Assembly: GCF_000315625.1 (NCBI RefSeq)
Contig: NW_005434593.1
Location: 60,659 to 101,931, forward strand
Source of the DNA: Guillardia theta CCMP2712
Lineage: Eukaryota > Protista > Cryptophyta
Direction of reading: 5' to 3'
DNA length: 41,273 nt
The position numbers and the translations under genes were made by a program. The notes beneath the pieces are model-generated. The model was given only the letters and a program-made list of their open reading frames with translations, was not told where the DNA came from and searched no databases. The stretch's first letter is position 1; each line of letters opens with the position of its first letter. Of this stretch, positions 21,032 to 33,989 are shown piece after piece.

Positions 21032-22996
21032 TCAAGATCCTCGCCATCCGGCTTCCTGCTCGTCTGAGCTGCCTGATCGGTCTTGGGCATGAGCCAGCAG
21101 GGGGCTGGAGGGGGAGGAGCTCATGGCCTTCAGGATCTTCTTTCTGAAGTCAGCATGCGCCCTCCGCAACGTCTGGCATGACCGTCAGCATCACGAGGAG
21201 CAGGCGAGACTGAGGGCCTGCGGTGGTTCGCTCACCTCCATGTTCTTCTTGCTCTCCTCGTGGATGCTCTCGATCTCTTCGCGCGCATTCATCGATCGCT
21301 GCAGCAGTCGATCCTGCTGGCTCGCATGCTCGATGCTTCCTATCTCCCCTGCTGCATCCACGGGGCTTCGGCCCGGCGAGCTATGCCTGCTGCTCAGACT
21401 CTGCGACTTTGACAGCTCCGTGAGGGTGCGAACGTAGGCAGAGCTGCACTCCTCCAGGTCCGAGGTCAGCTGCTGCATCCTCAGGCCCTTCACCACTCGC
21501 TGTCTCCTCGCACCTGGTGGATCCTTCGCGTCTTTCGCTCGAGGCTGTCGCTCGCTCGGTTGATCTTGTTGCTCATGATTTGCATCTGAGGGTTCAGGTC
21601 ACTTGCTGGCTAGTCACGAGGGAGCTCGAGCCTCGTCCGTCAGCCACCCCTGGATCATCGCGTGCTTGTCTTCAGCCTCGCTCAGAGACCTGGCTACGCG
21701 TCACAACCTTGCTGTCTTCGCCCCCTCAGCAAACCTCTCCACTTCCTTCAACCTCATCGAGATTCTTTTGATCTCCTGCCCCCGCACACCGTCAGGCGGC
21801 AGCGCGAGGCGACATGAAGCTCACGTTGTCTTTCTGGTGCAGCGAAGCCTTTAAGCGAACCTCGTTGTTCATGGTCGCGTCCAGCTGATTCTCAAGCTCC
21901 TGCAGTCATAAGCGATGAGAGGCGAAAGGGCTCGCAGCAAGCACCTTCAGTCGCTTCTTCATCTTCATCTGAAACTTGGAGCCTTCGGGGGAGTGGAGGT
22001 TCTGATACGCTTTCAACTCCTCCTCCAGCAAGTCTTTGGCCTTGTTCAATCTCTCGATCTCTTGTGCCACTGCGAAACCCTTCACTCCGAGCTGCAAGCT
22101 TCCAGCCACGATCTTACTTGAGTCCATGCCATTGTTCTCGTATATCAGCAGATTCTGTGGAAGTGATATCGAGATTTCCCCGTTTTGGGAGTTTGAGAGT
22201 CTTGCTTTGTCTTCTTTGAGGCGATCTATCTGCGTGGGCAATCAATGAGACAAGCGTCAAGTCTTGTAGACTCTACCATGATTTCAGCTCGCGTTGCTCG
22301 TAACAACAACCTGCAACGATGTAAGAGGGATGGTTCTAGTCATGAGCAGGGACGCAAGTTGCCTTTTGATGGTGTCAAGACAAACGTCAACCTCACTCGA
22401 GTGCTGCATGCTGCGAGGAGCAGCAGCCTCCTACTCCAACGAGTCAGGCGCAAGACAGGAGGAGCTGCTGCTAACCCAGACTTCATTCTCACGAGCTTCT
22501 CTTCTCGCTGCATCGTTGCTCGACGTGTGCCGATCCCTAGAGCCTGGGCCGGAAGCAGTGACAGGCATGTCACCCTTGTGTCGTAGGTGCTCGACGATGT
22601 GTCGAGGGAGCGACTCTTTTGTTCTGCGCTGCTCGTCACCCAGGAGCGGAGGGGCTGCCGCATACCTGCTGGAGGCTCGAATGGTGAGGCGGACCGAGGT
22701 TCCAGGTCTCCCGGAGAGCAGGCGACTGACGTCTTGCGGATAAAGGTGACCGATCTGCTGGCCTTCCACCTCCTCTATGATGTCTCCTATCATCAACGGG
22801 CTTGAGGACGCCGGGCCCTGGAGGAGGGTCGAGTCAGCACAAGGATCGTCAGCAGAAGAGCGAGAGCAAGCTCCACCCGAGGCTGAATGTCGACGATCTG
22901 ATACGGGCAGGAGAAGTCTTCCTTGCCGAACTTGATGCCAAGGAGACCATGCACGGCGTCTCGTCGGATGTCAACGACATGCTTCTCGAAGTACAT
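21032..22996 (-). CDS. N-terminal PDZ domain plus long coiled-coil protein, multi-exon
   Basis: IRRDAVHGLLGIKF...YQIVDIQP|GPASSSPLMIGDIIEEVEGQQIGHLYPQDVSRLLSGRPGTSVRLTI is a PDZ pattern. Later exons are heptad-rich (QEIERLNKAKDLLEEELKAY). Stop at 21032; upstream exons possible. Confidence 0.75.
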
Positions 22997-23066
22997 TGCT
23001 CTTGTTGGCTCAACCCTCAGACAAGTCACTCTTTCCAACTATCAGACGAGAGCTCCTAGCTGAGAT

Positions 23067-23123
23067 CAGTTGAGAGTAGATTCCTCACAAGTACCAGTTG
23101 AGAGTAGATTCCTCACAAGTACC
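23067..23123. repeat. 28-bp tandem duplication
   Basis: cagttgagagtagattcctcacaagtac x2. Confidence 0.9.
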
Positions 23124-23794
23124 CTCCAACAAATGCTCTGCTCCAACATCCTCCAACTTCAGACCAGTGAAGCCTTGAGCCCTGTTGACCTGAGGCACGC
23201 CCAATCAAGATCAGAACACAAGGATCCTGCATTGTGTCCGAAATACAATCATCGACGAGATCGATTCAACACTCAGACAGCTTCGAAGCTGAACACCAAG
23301 AGCTGCCTACCAGATTGAGCAGAACCTCTACCCTCTCTCCGCGCATCTTCGTCTTGCCGAAGTGCAAAACTTCATTACCAGGGGAACTAGGCGGAGAGCA
23401 GGGACAAAGGAAAAGAGTGTAGACGAAGCGCAAGGAAAGTAGGACTACGACCTCCTGCAGTCTGAACTCGCTTCCTGATCGCGATCGATCCTCGTCATCT
23501 CTGCTTTTCTTTTGATACAATTTTCTCTTCTTTTAATGATTGCTTGATCTCTGAATGCGATTCTTCTCGCTCCTCTCTGTTTTTCATCGCCTGACCATCC
23601 CATTCTTCTCTTTTGTGTTGTGCTCCCGACATTTACCTCCTTGTCTGCTAGTTTGCTTTTTCAATTCAAACTTCCTAAGCTATACTCCTCTACTTCTTTA
23701 CCCCTCTCCTCCTCTGACTTCTTCTCTACTTACCTGCATCTCTACTCAACTGCCCGTCTGCCCCAGGCTACTCCTGTAGTCACGAGAGCATGTC

Positions 23795-23835
23795 GATCTG
23801 ATCTGATCTGATCTGATCTGATCTGATCTGATCTG
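23795..23835. repeat. (GATCT)n microsatellite
   Basis: About 8 perfect units. Confidence 0.95.
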
Positions 23836-24499
23836 TTTTCAGTCTCTTCGCTTTCTTCTTCTGTGCTTGTGTGCATGTTCTCGTAACCACTGGCAACCAT
23901 TACACCCCCTACCCCTCTCTTCCCACCCCCACTCGGAGGCCGCAGAGTAGACATTAGTACCCGTCCTCCTACATCTGGTTTCCGGACCTACAACCCCTCC
24001 ACTCCATCTCTACGGACCCCAGGGTGAGAGAATGGTCCTTTCGTCGTGGGGGTGGTATCAGGGAATGATGGGGGTAGGGTGGTGATGGAGGTCAGGGGGT
24101 AGGGGTACGGTAACTTGTAACCGCTCATAACCGCTCAAAGTTATTCAAGCCTAGTAGTGACCGGCGGTTTCCGAAGTTCGGCGGGCCGCCAGGTCGGGCG
24201 ATCTGAGAGGTCAAGTCACTGTGACTAGTATTGGGAGAAGAAGAAGATGATGATGATGAAGATGAACATGAAGATCAAGATGAGGATGAGGATGAGGATG
24301 AAAACGTGAGGGTACTGCTATATCTCATGTTTCAAGTGTTACAATAACTTGCTCTAACTGGTATGTCCGATCTGAGGTATTATTGCTCTGTGGTTTCACG
24401 AGACACTGAGAAAACAAGGAAGACGCTTGCAAGGAAACTCAATGCAATGTAATGGCGCATGGGAAATGATATCACGATCGATTCTTCACGTTCAGCCTC

Positions 24500-26603
24500 C
24501 CAGCACTGCTCTCGTCACAGAAAAGCTGTCGACATCAAAATCTTCTACATCCTTCATCCCTTCTTCGTCTTGTCGTCCATAACGAGAGACTTTGTCCAAA
24601 ACTGTCTAGAGGAAGCAGGTAGCCGAATGTCTTCAACTTTGTGCCTTCCTCCTCCCCCTCCATCGCCTCCTCAGCATTGCTAAACGGTGCTTGACATTCC
24701 CTCCTCACCCTCGCTTCTTCTGAATTACCCGCTTTCTCATCGGCACCGTCTCCTCTTCAACAGCCTGCATCACGTTTGAGCAAAGGAGAAGGGATGGAAA
24801 AGGAGGGGCAGGAGAGAATCAGACGAGGAGAGAGGGTGAGAGGGTGAGAGAGGAGGAGAGGAGGAGAGTAGAAACACCTCATCTGGCTCTGCGTCCTCGA
24901 TCAGCTCATCTCCCAAAAACGTCTTGAAGCTCTGGGACAGCAAGTCACGCTTTTGGCTCCACTAGTGCATTCTCCACCTCGTCATCGTCATCGTCATCGT
25001 CATTTTCCTCGATGTCCTCGTCGAAGTCTGGCATCACAGCACTGTACTCGTCATCCTCCACATCCTGAAGAGCCCGTCACTTCTCGTCTGCTTGCTCGTC
25101 TGACATCTCACCGGCATCTCGTCGTCCAGGTCTACTCCATCGTCATCATCCTCCACCTGAGCACGAGCGTGAGAACAAGCAAAGAGAGAGAGAGCAAGCA
25201 ACGATCGCGTACAAGTCGAGTCATGCTCCTCGGGACAGGCAAGTCTTCGTCATCATCGATATCTTCATCAATAATAACCTTCTTCTGCTCGCCTTCATCA
25301 GCTTGGTTGCTGCTCCCCGGCCGTACGTCACTCACCTTAGCCTTTCCTCGCTTCTTCTTGGGGTTCAGCCGCGCCTCCTCCTCCTCGTCTGCTCGGATCA
25401 TCGCATCGAAGGGCGACTCATGGAAACTGCTGCTCATCCCTCCTCCGCTCTTCACCAGCTCCCAGTCGTTGTTCTGGATCGAGTCTTCATCGTTGTCGTC
25501 CTGTCGCGGGCGACCGGGTCCTCGCTTCTTGCTTGATGCCGAGGGGTCGAAGCTGCGCAGGGAAGGAGGGAGAAACTCTCGCGGGATTCCGTTAAGTGTC
25601 TTCGCTTGGGGAGCAGCAGGAGGTTTGGCTTCAGGAGCAGGAAGAGAAACCTGAGCGGAGTCGAGGGAGGAGATTTTACTTCCCTCCGCGATGATGTCCG
25701 CCTGGTACTTGACGATCTTCGAGCTGTGCATGGTGATCGTCACTCCTGCTCTCCTCACGATCTTGGGCGCTTGCAGGATCTTCTCCAGCGCCTCCCCCGA
25801 CGGGCGGAACTGATCGTCAACCTCTTCCACCCTGGTCGCTATGCTTCTGGCCACGAGCCCTGAGGTTGATCGCAGCATTTCCGGCATGTCCAGAGAAGAC
25901 TCGTAGGAGCTATCCGACGAGAACCCGTCTTCGAGCTCCAGATCCACCTCCTTCTGCCCCCTCCCCCTAGCGCATGGACCGACACTGGAGAGGAGCCCGA
26001 GGAAGCGGAGGAAGAAAGACGGGAGCTGATCTTTGGGTTCAGACGTGACGGAGTCGGTGTCGCGCTATCTCCCAGCTCGACAGTGGATGCGAGCAGCCGG
26101 TTGATCAGCTGGGCTTTGGTCCCGTTCTTCTTGAGCCCACGAGCTTCGCACATGGAGCGGAGACGAGGTACCTTCATGGACTGCAGGTCGCGCATGCTGT
26201 ACAGGTCCTGCTCGCCTCTAAGGGCTCCGGCTCCCATGATCACCTGCTCTCTCCCGTCTCCCTCAAACTCGTCGTCGCTGTCTTCCATCAAGTCATCCTC
26301 CTCCTCCTCCTCCTCCTCCTCCGAGAAGGTCAAGGAATCCGAAGGCAATGGCCGCCAGTTCGCTTTCTTGTCCCCAGCCTGCGCCGCCATCAGGACCATG
26401 TCCCATCCTCGTCTCGGGAGAGAGAGAGGCAAGGTGACGCGCGACAGCTGCGCAGGTCTGTCGCACTTGGCTGGAGAGAGCGTGTTCGCCCTCAGAGGTC
26501 TCATCCCAGACGACAGGAAGCAAGGAAGCTCGCTCGCACTGCTCGCTCTGCCCGTGATGCACAGCAGCACGGCGAAAAAAACTTCAGTTGACAACCACCT
26601 CAT
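24500..26603 (-). CDS. SAP-domain protein with N-terminal signal and transit-like peptide, acidic low-complexity C-terminus
   Basis: MRWLSTEVFFAVLLCITGRASS signal, Arg/Ser/Pro-rich linker, then LQSMKVPRLRSMCEARGLKKNGTKAQLINRL, which fits the SAP consensus. 3' end approximate. Confidence 0.7.
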
Positions 26604-28871
26604 CCTTCTGATGTGGCCCACAAGCAAGGCGACATCTTGTCCCCGCCTGTCGTTCACCATCCTCGTTCTGTCGGGTCGCTGTGCTGGTACCTGGTTGCTC
26701 ATCTTCCGATCTCTCTTGCGACAACTTCAAGGAGAAACCGAGGAAAACATCCCTGGCGAGCAGAGCATGTCACAAGCAGACAAGAGAACACAACAACTGA
26801 AACATCTGGAGCCCCGCATTTCTCTTCCGTGCGTGTGCTTTCCACCATCAACCATTCAAGTCTCACTACGATATTCTTGCCCCAAGCGTACTTCCCCCCT
26901 CACATCATCAGAACCAACTCATCTTTGTTTTACTTCGGTCACATGACGATAGTCTAGCTTCATGATTCTTCGAACTGTTCGAACATTTTGCCTTCTCATC
27001 CTCTCTCGTACATGATTCCTACACCTCCATAGTTATCTCCTGCTCTACATTTCATCTGTGAGTTAACTTCCTGTCTCTCTTTGACAGCCTTTCAAACGGC
27101 CATTGGCACTTACTTTTCTTCCTGCTCCTGCTCCTCTTCTCTCCGCCGACTCTACACTCCTGTATGTCTGCCCAACCCCGGCAATCACTGGAGGGCCACG
27201 TTAAAATCGGGGGACTGCGTTGGGTCGCAAGAAGAACGAGGGATCTATCGCTGTTGTACTTGTCTGGTTCTTTGGAGTCTTGATCTCACTGTCAATGTCT
27301 CATGTCTATCTTATTGTTTATGGTCATTTCTTGCTAAATCCCTCACATATCCGCCTCCTCTCTTTCAGGGTTAGTCTCAATTCCACTACCCTTTTCCCTG
27401 CAGTCCGATTCATCATCCCTACCTGCAGCGATACGCCCCCTCTCACATCGATCATCTCATCATCTTCTTCCTTCATAGTTCACAATTCCATCTACTCGCT
27501 CTGATTCCCGATCGTTCCTCTCCGTCCATTCACCATCGACACCATCTTCTCAGTAACCATCAAATGATAATGACTGAAGTTCTTGTGTTATTCCGAGTTC
27601 TCCCTATGACGAACGGTTTGTTCGGCGTTCCTCTTCTTTACATCTTTTGCATCTTTCGCATCGCCATCGTCATCCACATCTTCTCCCCTCGCCCCTCTCC
27701 AGGCATGCCGTCGCTGCTGATCAGCATTGCGGGCGGCCAAAAGCTTAGAGATGCCATACAGGGCGTTAAGACACAAAGCTTTCAATAATTTTTCTGATTT
27801 CGACGAATATTCAAGAATATTCTTTAAAATTTTTCCTATATTTTCAAGATATATACAAGATTTGAGCCCCTGCAGGAAAATGCGACCCTCGTCCGGCCTC
27901 CTATTCCCCTGCTGGTACCCCACCCTTTCCCTCACCCCTCATAACAACTACCCCCACCCCTTTCCAAGGAGATATACCCTCAATACTCTTCTACTACCCC
28001 ATCGTGGTTCTCAATTTTTACCAGGTAAATGACCCCCACAAATACGAAAATGATGACCCCTACCCCCGATGACAAATTGTAACCACCACTCTATCTACCC
28101 TAACCACCACAAAGATCCACCCCACCCCATATATGCAGCGTCCAAGAATTCCTACCCTGGTCAGACTACCCCTCTTTTCCTCTCCATATACCCCTATTAT
28201 TCAGATCAGGTACCCCTGGGTGACTGCGACCACCCTCCTCTAAAGTACCCCACCCTCACTCGGATGGACGCATGTGTCTTTACACCGGATTTTCCTCAGT
28301 TTCGCCGGGCCTGGGGCGCAACAGACACAGGAGCGAATGCCCCTGGCAGCTCCGCGCCGACAAACTAAACTTTAACTAAAAATGCAGAGGAATGCGGCTC
28401 CTTCCATGCGGTGCAGGCGCAGGAGGCGAAGGAGGACCAACAGGAGGAGGAAGATGGGAGCGAGAGATCCAGGAGAGTGAGGTGGTCATGGCAGGAGAGA
28501 AGCGAGGGATGGTCACTGGATGCAGTTTAGACTGATTGGCGTACAACAGGCATCGAACAATAGCATATCGTGAGCAGTACGAGAAGCAACTGCACTCGAG
28601 GAGGACACGGTGCTGTAGAGCTTTTGTAAGACGTTTGTAGTGAGGCAGGAACAAGGTGAAGTAGGAGGAGGAGGAGGAGGAGGAGGAGGAGGAGGAGCAG
28701 GTAGCCTGTTGCTGACAGAGAAGAGGTGGGCCCAGGAAATCGCACCATGAGACCTCTTGTCAGATTTTGGAGAATGGAGGCGATTCTGAGTTGATCTTTT
28801 AGGCAAGATGCACAATTGCATCTGATTGCCGGCATCGGTGAAGGAGCATCAGCAGCCTGAAAGTGAGTAGG

Positions 28872-31800
28872 ATGATGCACGCGAAAGCTCGCGCTCTGGT
28901 CCGCCCGATCTTCTGCCTCAAAAGCGGTTGCTCAAGCTTCGTAAGGAGATCGCCCCAGCTCGTCGCTTGCTCGTCGCTTGCGAGGTCTTTCCATCAAACG
29001 CGACTGAAGCTTGCCGATGTCGACAACATGCATGAGTACACGGGGATAAGCTTGGAGGATTGGCAGGATTACAGGAACCAGGCAGCTATGCAGATCGGCA
29101 CAGAAGAGAAGAAACGTTGGCCGCTGCATGAGAAGATCAAGGCTGCGGGTCCAGCGTATGTCAACGTGGCGAAGAAGGTGAGAAGCTCGTTACGTGAGAT
29201 CGATAGAGTGCTGGACGTGTTTGAGCCGGGTCAGCTCGCCATCTCCTTCAACGGCAGTCAGGACTGCAGTGTCGTGCTGCACCTGGTCATGGAGGCTTGC
29301 CGGCATCATCGCTCCCACAGCTTCACGCACGTGCAGCCCATCTGGTTCAAAGACCCCGAGCATGAGTTCCCCGAGATCGTCGAGTACGTGAGCACAACGG
29401 CAGAGAAGTACTTCACCTATCAGGACATGCTCAAGTCCGCCGTCGACGAGAACCTCAACCGTCTCTGGACGATTCACGTCAGCGAGCCCAAGGACTTCAT
29501 CGACGGGCTGATCTACCTGGCTCAGTCTACGGGCATTCGGTGTGTGATCATGGGGAGCAGGAGAACGGATCCGGGATGCAGAGACCTTTCGGACCTCGCC
29601 CTCATGGACCTCGCTCCCATCTTTCTCAGCTCCTCCTTGTCGAGGATCGAGCTCGAGACCAAGATCAACATGCTCCGGGTCGAAGGAGACCCGGGTTTGC
29701 CCGGAACGCTCACGAGCAAGGTGAGGGAGAGAGCGGAAGTTCGACGTGGGTTGACAACTTTGCCTTGCAACTCTTCAGATCAAAGAGCCTTCGCTGTTGA
29801 GATTCTCTCCTTCCCTCGAATGGTCTTTCCGAGATGTCTGGGACTTTATCCGTGCCGCTGAGGTACAAGGGAACTATCCCCTCCTCCCTTACTTGCTCGT
29901 TCACCCTCTCCTGCAGATCCCCTACTGCACGTTGTACGATCAAGGCTACTCCTCCATCGGCACCATGGTCGATACTCTTCGCAATCCTGCGCTCCTGCGG
30001 AGGTGAGTGGTCGCCAGTCAAGCCTGTGCGTCTGACCGGCTGCAGGGAGCAAGTGCAGGTTGAGTCGTCCGTTGCCTTGAAGAAAAAGTTGGACGAGATC
30101 CATGAGAGGTGGCGGAGCGCGAGAGGCGCCAGACGTCTGATGCCCTTGCGCAGGATGCGGAGGAATCTCGGCAAGGAGAGGTTCGAAGCGCTGGACAAGC
30201 TCAAGCTGAAGGATCAAGGTGATGCTCGAGTGCTGCCGGTGGCTGCTGACCCCGTGACAGGTGTCGCCATCTATGACTCGATGTACGACGAGCTCGAGGA
30301 CAGGGAGCGCAGCATCACCTCTCAGCTGATCTCCCGCACCATGATGCAGAACCGAGAGCAGGACGGGGGAGCGGAAGATCTGGATGAGAACGAGATGGGA
30401 GGCCTCGCTAATCAGTACCTCTTGGCCTTGTCGAAGCAGGCGGAGGACGTGGACGAGGAAGCGGCCGAGGATGCGAAGCCTGAGGAAAACATCGCGAGCG
30501 CGCCGAGCGAGAAAGGAATTGTTGAGGATCAGGACGATCCAACGACGATGTACCTCCCGGCGTGGAAGCTCAAGGACGAGAGCAGGGAAGTGATCTCGCG
30601 CGTGCACGACCAGGAGCAGGGCATCATGGGGACTGCAGCGATCCTGGTGATTGGGGACGAGTTTATCTCCGCTGAGGTGAGGAGGAGCTTGTCGGGGTAT
30701 GGGGGACTGACGGGACAGGGAAGGTGCGGGAGAGCAACTCGCACTTCATCAGCAGCAACCTGCGCAAGATCGGAGTGGCGGTGAAGCAGGTGATGATCAT
30801 CGAGAGCGACATCGACATCGTCGCCTTCATGCTGCGTCGCCTCAGCCCAGTCTACCAGTACATCTTCGTCGTCGGAGGGATGGGCCCCCGCCACACAGAC
30901 CTCACTCTCCTCGCCGTGGCCAAGTCCTTCGGGACAGGCGTGCAGGTGAGGAGGGGGAGAGAGCAGGGAGGACCAGGAGCTAAGGCAAGGCGGAAGGAAA
31001 GGATAGTAGGTGACACAAGATGAGAAAGATTCCAATTTAGGTAGAAGGAGGAGGAGGAGGAGGAGGAGGAGGAGGAGGAGAACGATGGGGATAAAGGGTT
31101 GGAGTAACAGCAGCTGGCAGGAGCATCCAGATCTTCTTTCAATGATCGAAGCTGGAATCCCAGCGGAAAAGTTTGCGCAGGTTGTCAAACCTTCGCTTCG
31201 CTATCTCCTCCCTCTCCTCCCCTCCTCCCCTCCTCCCCTCCTCCCTTAATCCTATAGCCCATAGATGTCTGTCACGTGCTACCGCTCACTCCATCATACA
31301 ACTGAATCACTTCACAGGTGTTCAGCGAGTATCACTGGAGGATGGCTTTCATCCCCTTCGGAGCTGAGCTACTCGGTGCTTTACCCACCGCCTCTTCTAT
31401 TGAGAGCTGGAAGTCAGTCTCCAAGTACTGGCCCGTCGTGAAGAAGAACAACGTCTACATCCTCCCCTCCAAGCCCTCCCTGCTCACCGAGAAGTTCCTG
31501 TCCATCCTCCCCCAGCTCAAGAGCTCTCCGCTCTTCCTCACCACCATCATCTTCCGAGTCGACAAGGTACTAGTGCCTGTCTGTCGCTTGCTTGCCTTGA
31601 CCCCCTGGCAGTCTGTGATCGCTGAGAACATTGCTAACGCTGGTCTGCTCTCGGTGTTGCCGCTACTTTCACTGAGATGATGGCAGTGTCGAAGCATGAG
31701 ACGGTCAATGCCAACTCCTTCACCAGGACTATGGATGACGGCACTGTCCGCACGATCGTCTACCTCGAGGTGAAGGAAAACCCCTCAACTCCATCATCAC

Positions 31801-32086
31801 CATCACCTCGTGCTCTCTCTTCCCCCTTCTCCTCCTTTCCTCTCCTGCTTTTCCGCTCTTCGTCTCCTCCTCCTTCTCCTCTCCTCCTCTCCTTGACTCC
31901 CCCCCCTTATCTCCTCCTCTTCTCGCTCCTTCTTCTTCTCCTCTCCTCTCTTCCTCTCCCTCTCCTGGCTCCTTCACATCCGATTCTGTTATCGCTTCCT
32001 CTCTTTCTCTTCTCACGCTGCTGGTCAGTCAAAGGATCTGCATGAGCAGCAGGCGGCTGTTCAGTATATCTTGGGTTCATTGCCAG
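28872..32086 (+). CDS. Divergent FAD synthase: PAPS-reductase-like domain plus C-terminal molybdopterin-binding (MPTb/CinA-like) domain, mitochondrial-type presequence
   Basis: AISFNGSQDCSVVLHL, IMGSRRTDP, RFSPSLEWSFRDVWDFI..IPYCTLYDQGYSSIG, NPALL, YLPAWKLKDES; then TAAILVIGDE...GGMGPRHTDLTLLAVAKSFG...NVYILP. The last exon runs into the N gap. Confidence 0.85.
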
Positions 32087-32449
32087 GTCAGAACTCGGAG
32101 AGGAGGAGGAGGAGGAGGAGGAGGAGGAGAGGAGGAGGAGGNNNNNNNNNNNNNNNNNNNNNNNNNNNNNNNNNNNNNNNNNNNNNNNNNNNNNNNNNNN
32201 NNNNNNNNNNNNNNNNNNNNNNNNNNNNNNNNNNNNNNNNNGGACAAGAATGCCCATCCCCTTCCACTCCCTCCCCCAAACTTAAACTATAAATACAGAG
32301 GGAGAGGGGCTCCTTCCCCTTTCCTGCAGGAGCAGGAGCAGGAGGAGGAGCAGCACCAGCAGGAGGATGAAGATGAGAGCTCCAGTTGATGAAGGTGGTG
32401 ATGGCAATAGCGAAACAAGAGAGGGTCACTGTATCCAGTTTCAACTTAT

Positions 32450-33045
32450 TGGGGTTGCCGTGCCACCTACCTCTACCATTTTGTTACCAGAACCAGAACT
32501 AGATGCACTTGCGGAGGAGGCGGTCAGGGAGGGGTTGGGTATCAATTTGGTAGTTGTCCTGGGCCAAGTAGAGAGAGAGAGAGAGAGAGAGAGGAGGAGG
32601 AAGAGAAGGAGGAGGAGGAGGAGTGGGGGGGGGGAGGGGAACAGGAATTGGAACGCAGAGACTAACAGAGACGGCAGAGGAAGTGATTGTATCGGTCATC
32701 GACGATCACATCACAGGACAGTCTCCCTCAGAGTGACAAGGAGAGCAGAGAGCAGGGGAGACCTGCCGATATTTTCCTTCCATTTGTACCATTAGATCAG
32801 CTTCATTGTGGGTAACACAGAAGAGCTTTTTAAGATCTGGAAGACACATGGCACACCGTCCGAAGGAAAGGATGTGCTTAACGATTCTGTAAAGAAATTC
32901 GAATGTGATGAGAGTGAGAAGCCCTGGGTTTGTAGCTCGTGAGATAACAACCGATAACAAGAGGCTTGTCATCTGCTTCTCCTCCTTGTTCGTGAGATCT
33001 TGTGACTGAGGTGCAAGGTTTCTCGCCTCGCCTCGAATCTCATCG
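32450..33045 (-). CDS. Possible small hypothetical gene
   Basis: Non-repetitive open frame QDLTNKEEKQMTSLLL...FEFLYRIVKHILSFGRCAMC...EGKYRQ with plausible splice sites. No homology recognised. Confidence 0.3.
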
Positions 33046-33989
33046 TTCCTCCTCTGATCCTCGTACCTATGTCGTTACCACTCTCTCTCTCTCTCTGCTC
33101 TTCCTCCTGCCCCCTGCCCCCTGCTCCTGCTCCTGCTCCTGCTCGGAGTACTCCTGCTCATCCAATCTCTTTTAGTCCAACCCGCAACCCCCACCCCTTC
33201 TTTCCCCCACAAAGGTACCCCACCTCTATTGGTTTAAATAAAGGGGAGGGGTCATGATTTTATAATTCTTAAAATATTTATTGATTCTCCGTACCGAAAA
33301 GGGACGACAATTGTACCTCAATATTATAAACATGTACTGATGTTTGGGATGGTTTACTGATTTTTATGGTACACTTTCTTGGGAAAATGTTTTAAATTTA
33401 AATTTTCAGAAAATAAGTTATAACAATGCACCCTGGACCATGCCGAAGGATGCCGGGTCAGGGTCGTTAGAGAAAGTCGCTGAAGAGGGGAGAGGAGAGG
33501 AGAGGAGGGAAGAAGAGGATGATGCTGAGGAGGACGAGGAGCAACAGTAGAAGGAGGATCAGAGTGGAAGAGAAGATGCATGGCTGATGACATATAGGGA
33601 CGAGGAGATCATGTATGTGGGAGAAAGGGGCGTTGGTGCGGAAACGACCTCGCAAACTTATGCAAGAGCGGAGGGAGATGGTATGAGATCATCTGATGAG
33701 AGGTAGATCCGAATTAATGAGCATGCGTGCAATTGTAGTAGTATGGCAAAGGGACAGGGTATCAGAAAATGTCCTTAGCAACGAAGGATTTGTGATGATT
33801 TTGAGATTTTGAGGGAGGGGAGGGCGGAGAGGGTGAGGAAGAGGAAGACTTCTGGTGATGAACTACAGATCAAAGGTCCAGACACGTCTGATCTCAACTG
33901 ACCCCACCTGTCGCCATCTCTCCATGTTCCTCACTATCGTCTCAGGAAGGTGATGCCCCAGTGAGGTTGGTGGACAGTCACGAGGAAAC

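Noticed and set aside
20944-21060. PDZ gene reading into the minisatellite
   Set aside because: The in-phase last exon stops at 21032; the read-through frame is a different one.
26950-27800. Additional gene upstream of the SAP gene
   Set aside because: Only short ORFs, with no consistent splice chain or recognisable motif; probably leader or intergenic sequence.
28872-30010. True PAPS/APS reductase
   Set aside because: The SFNG..DC, GxRRTDP and YDxGYxSIG motifs plus the MPTb fusion match FAD synthase; the ECGLH terminus is absent.
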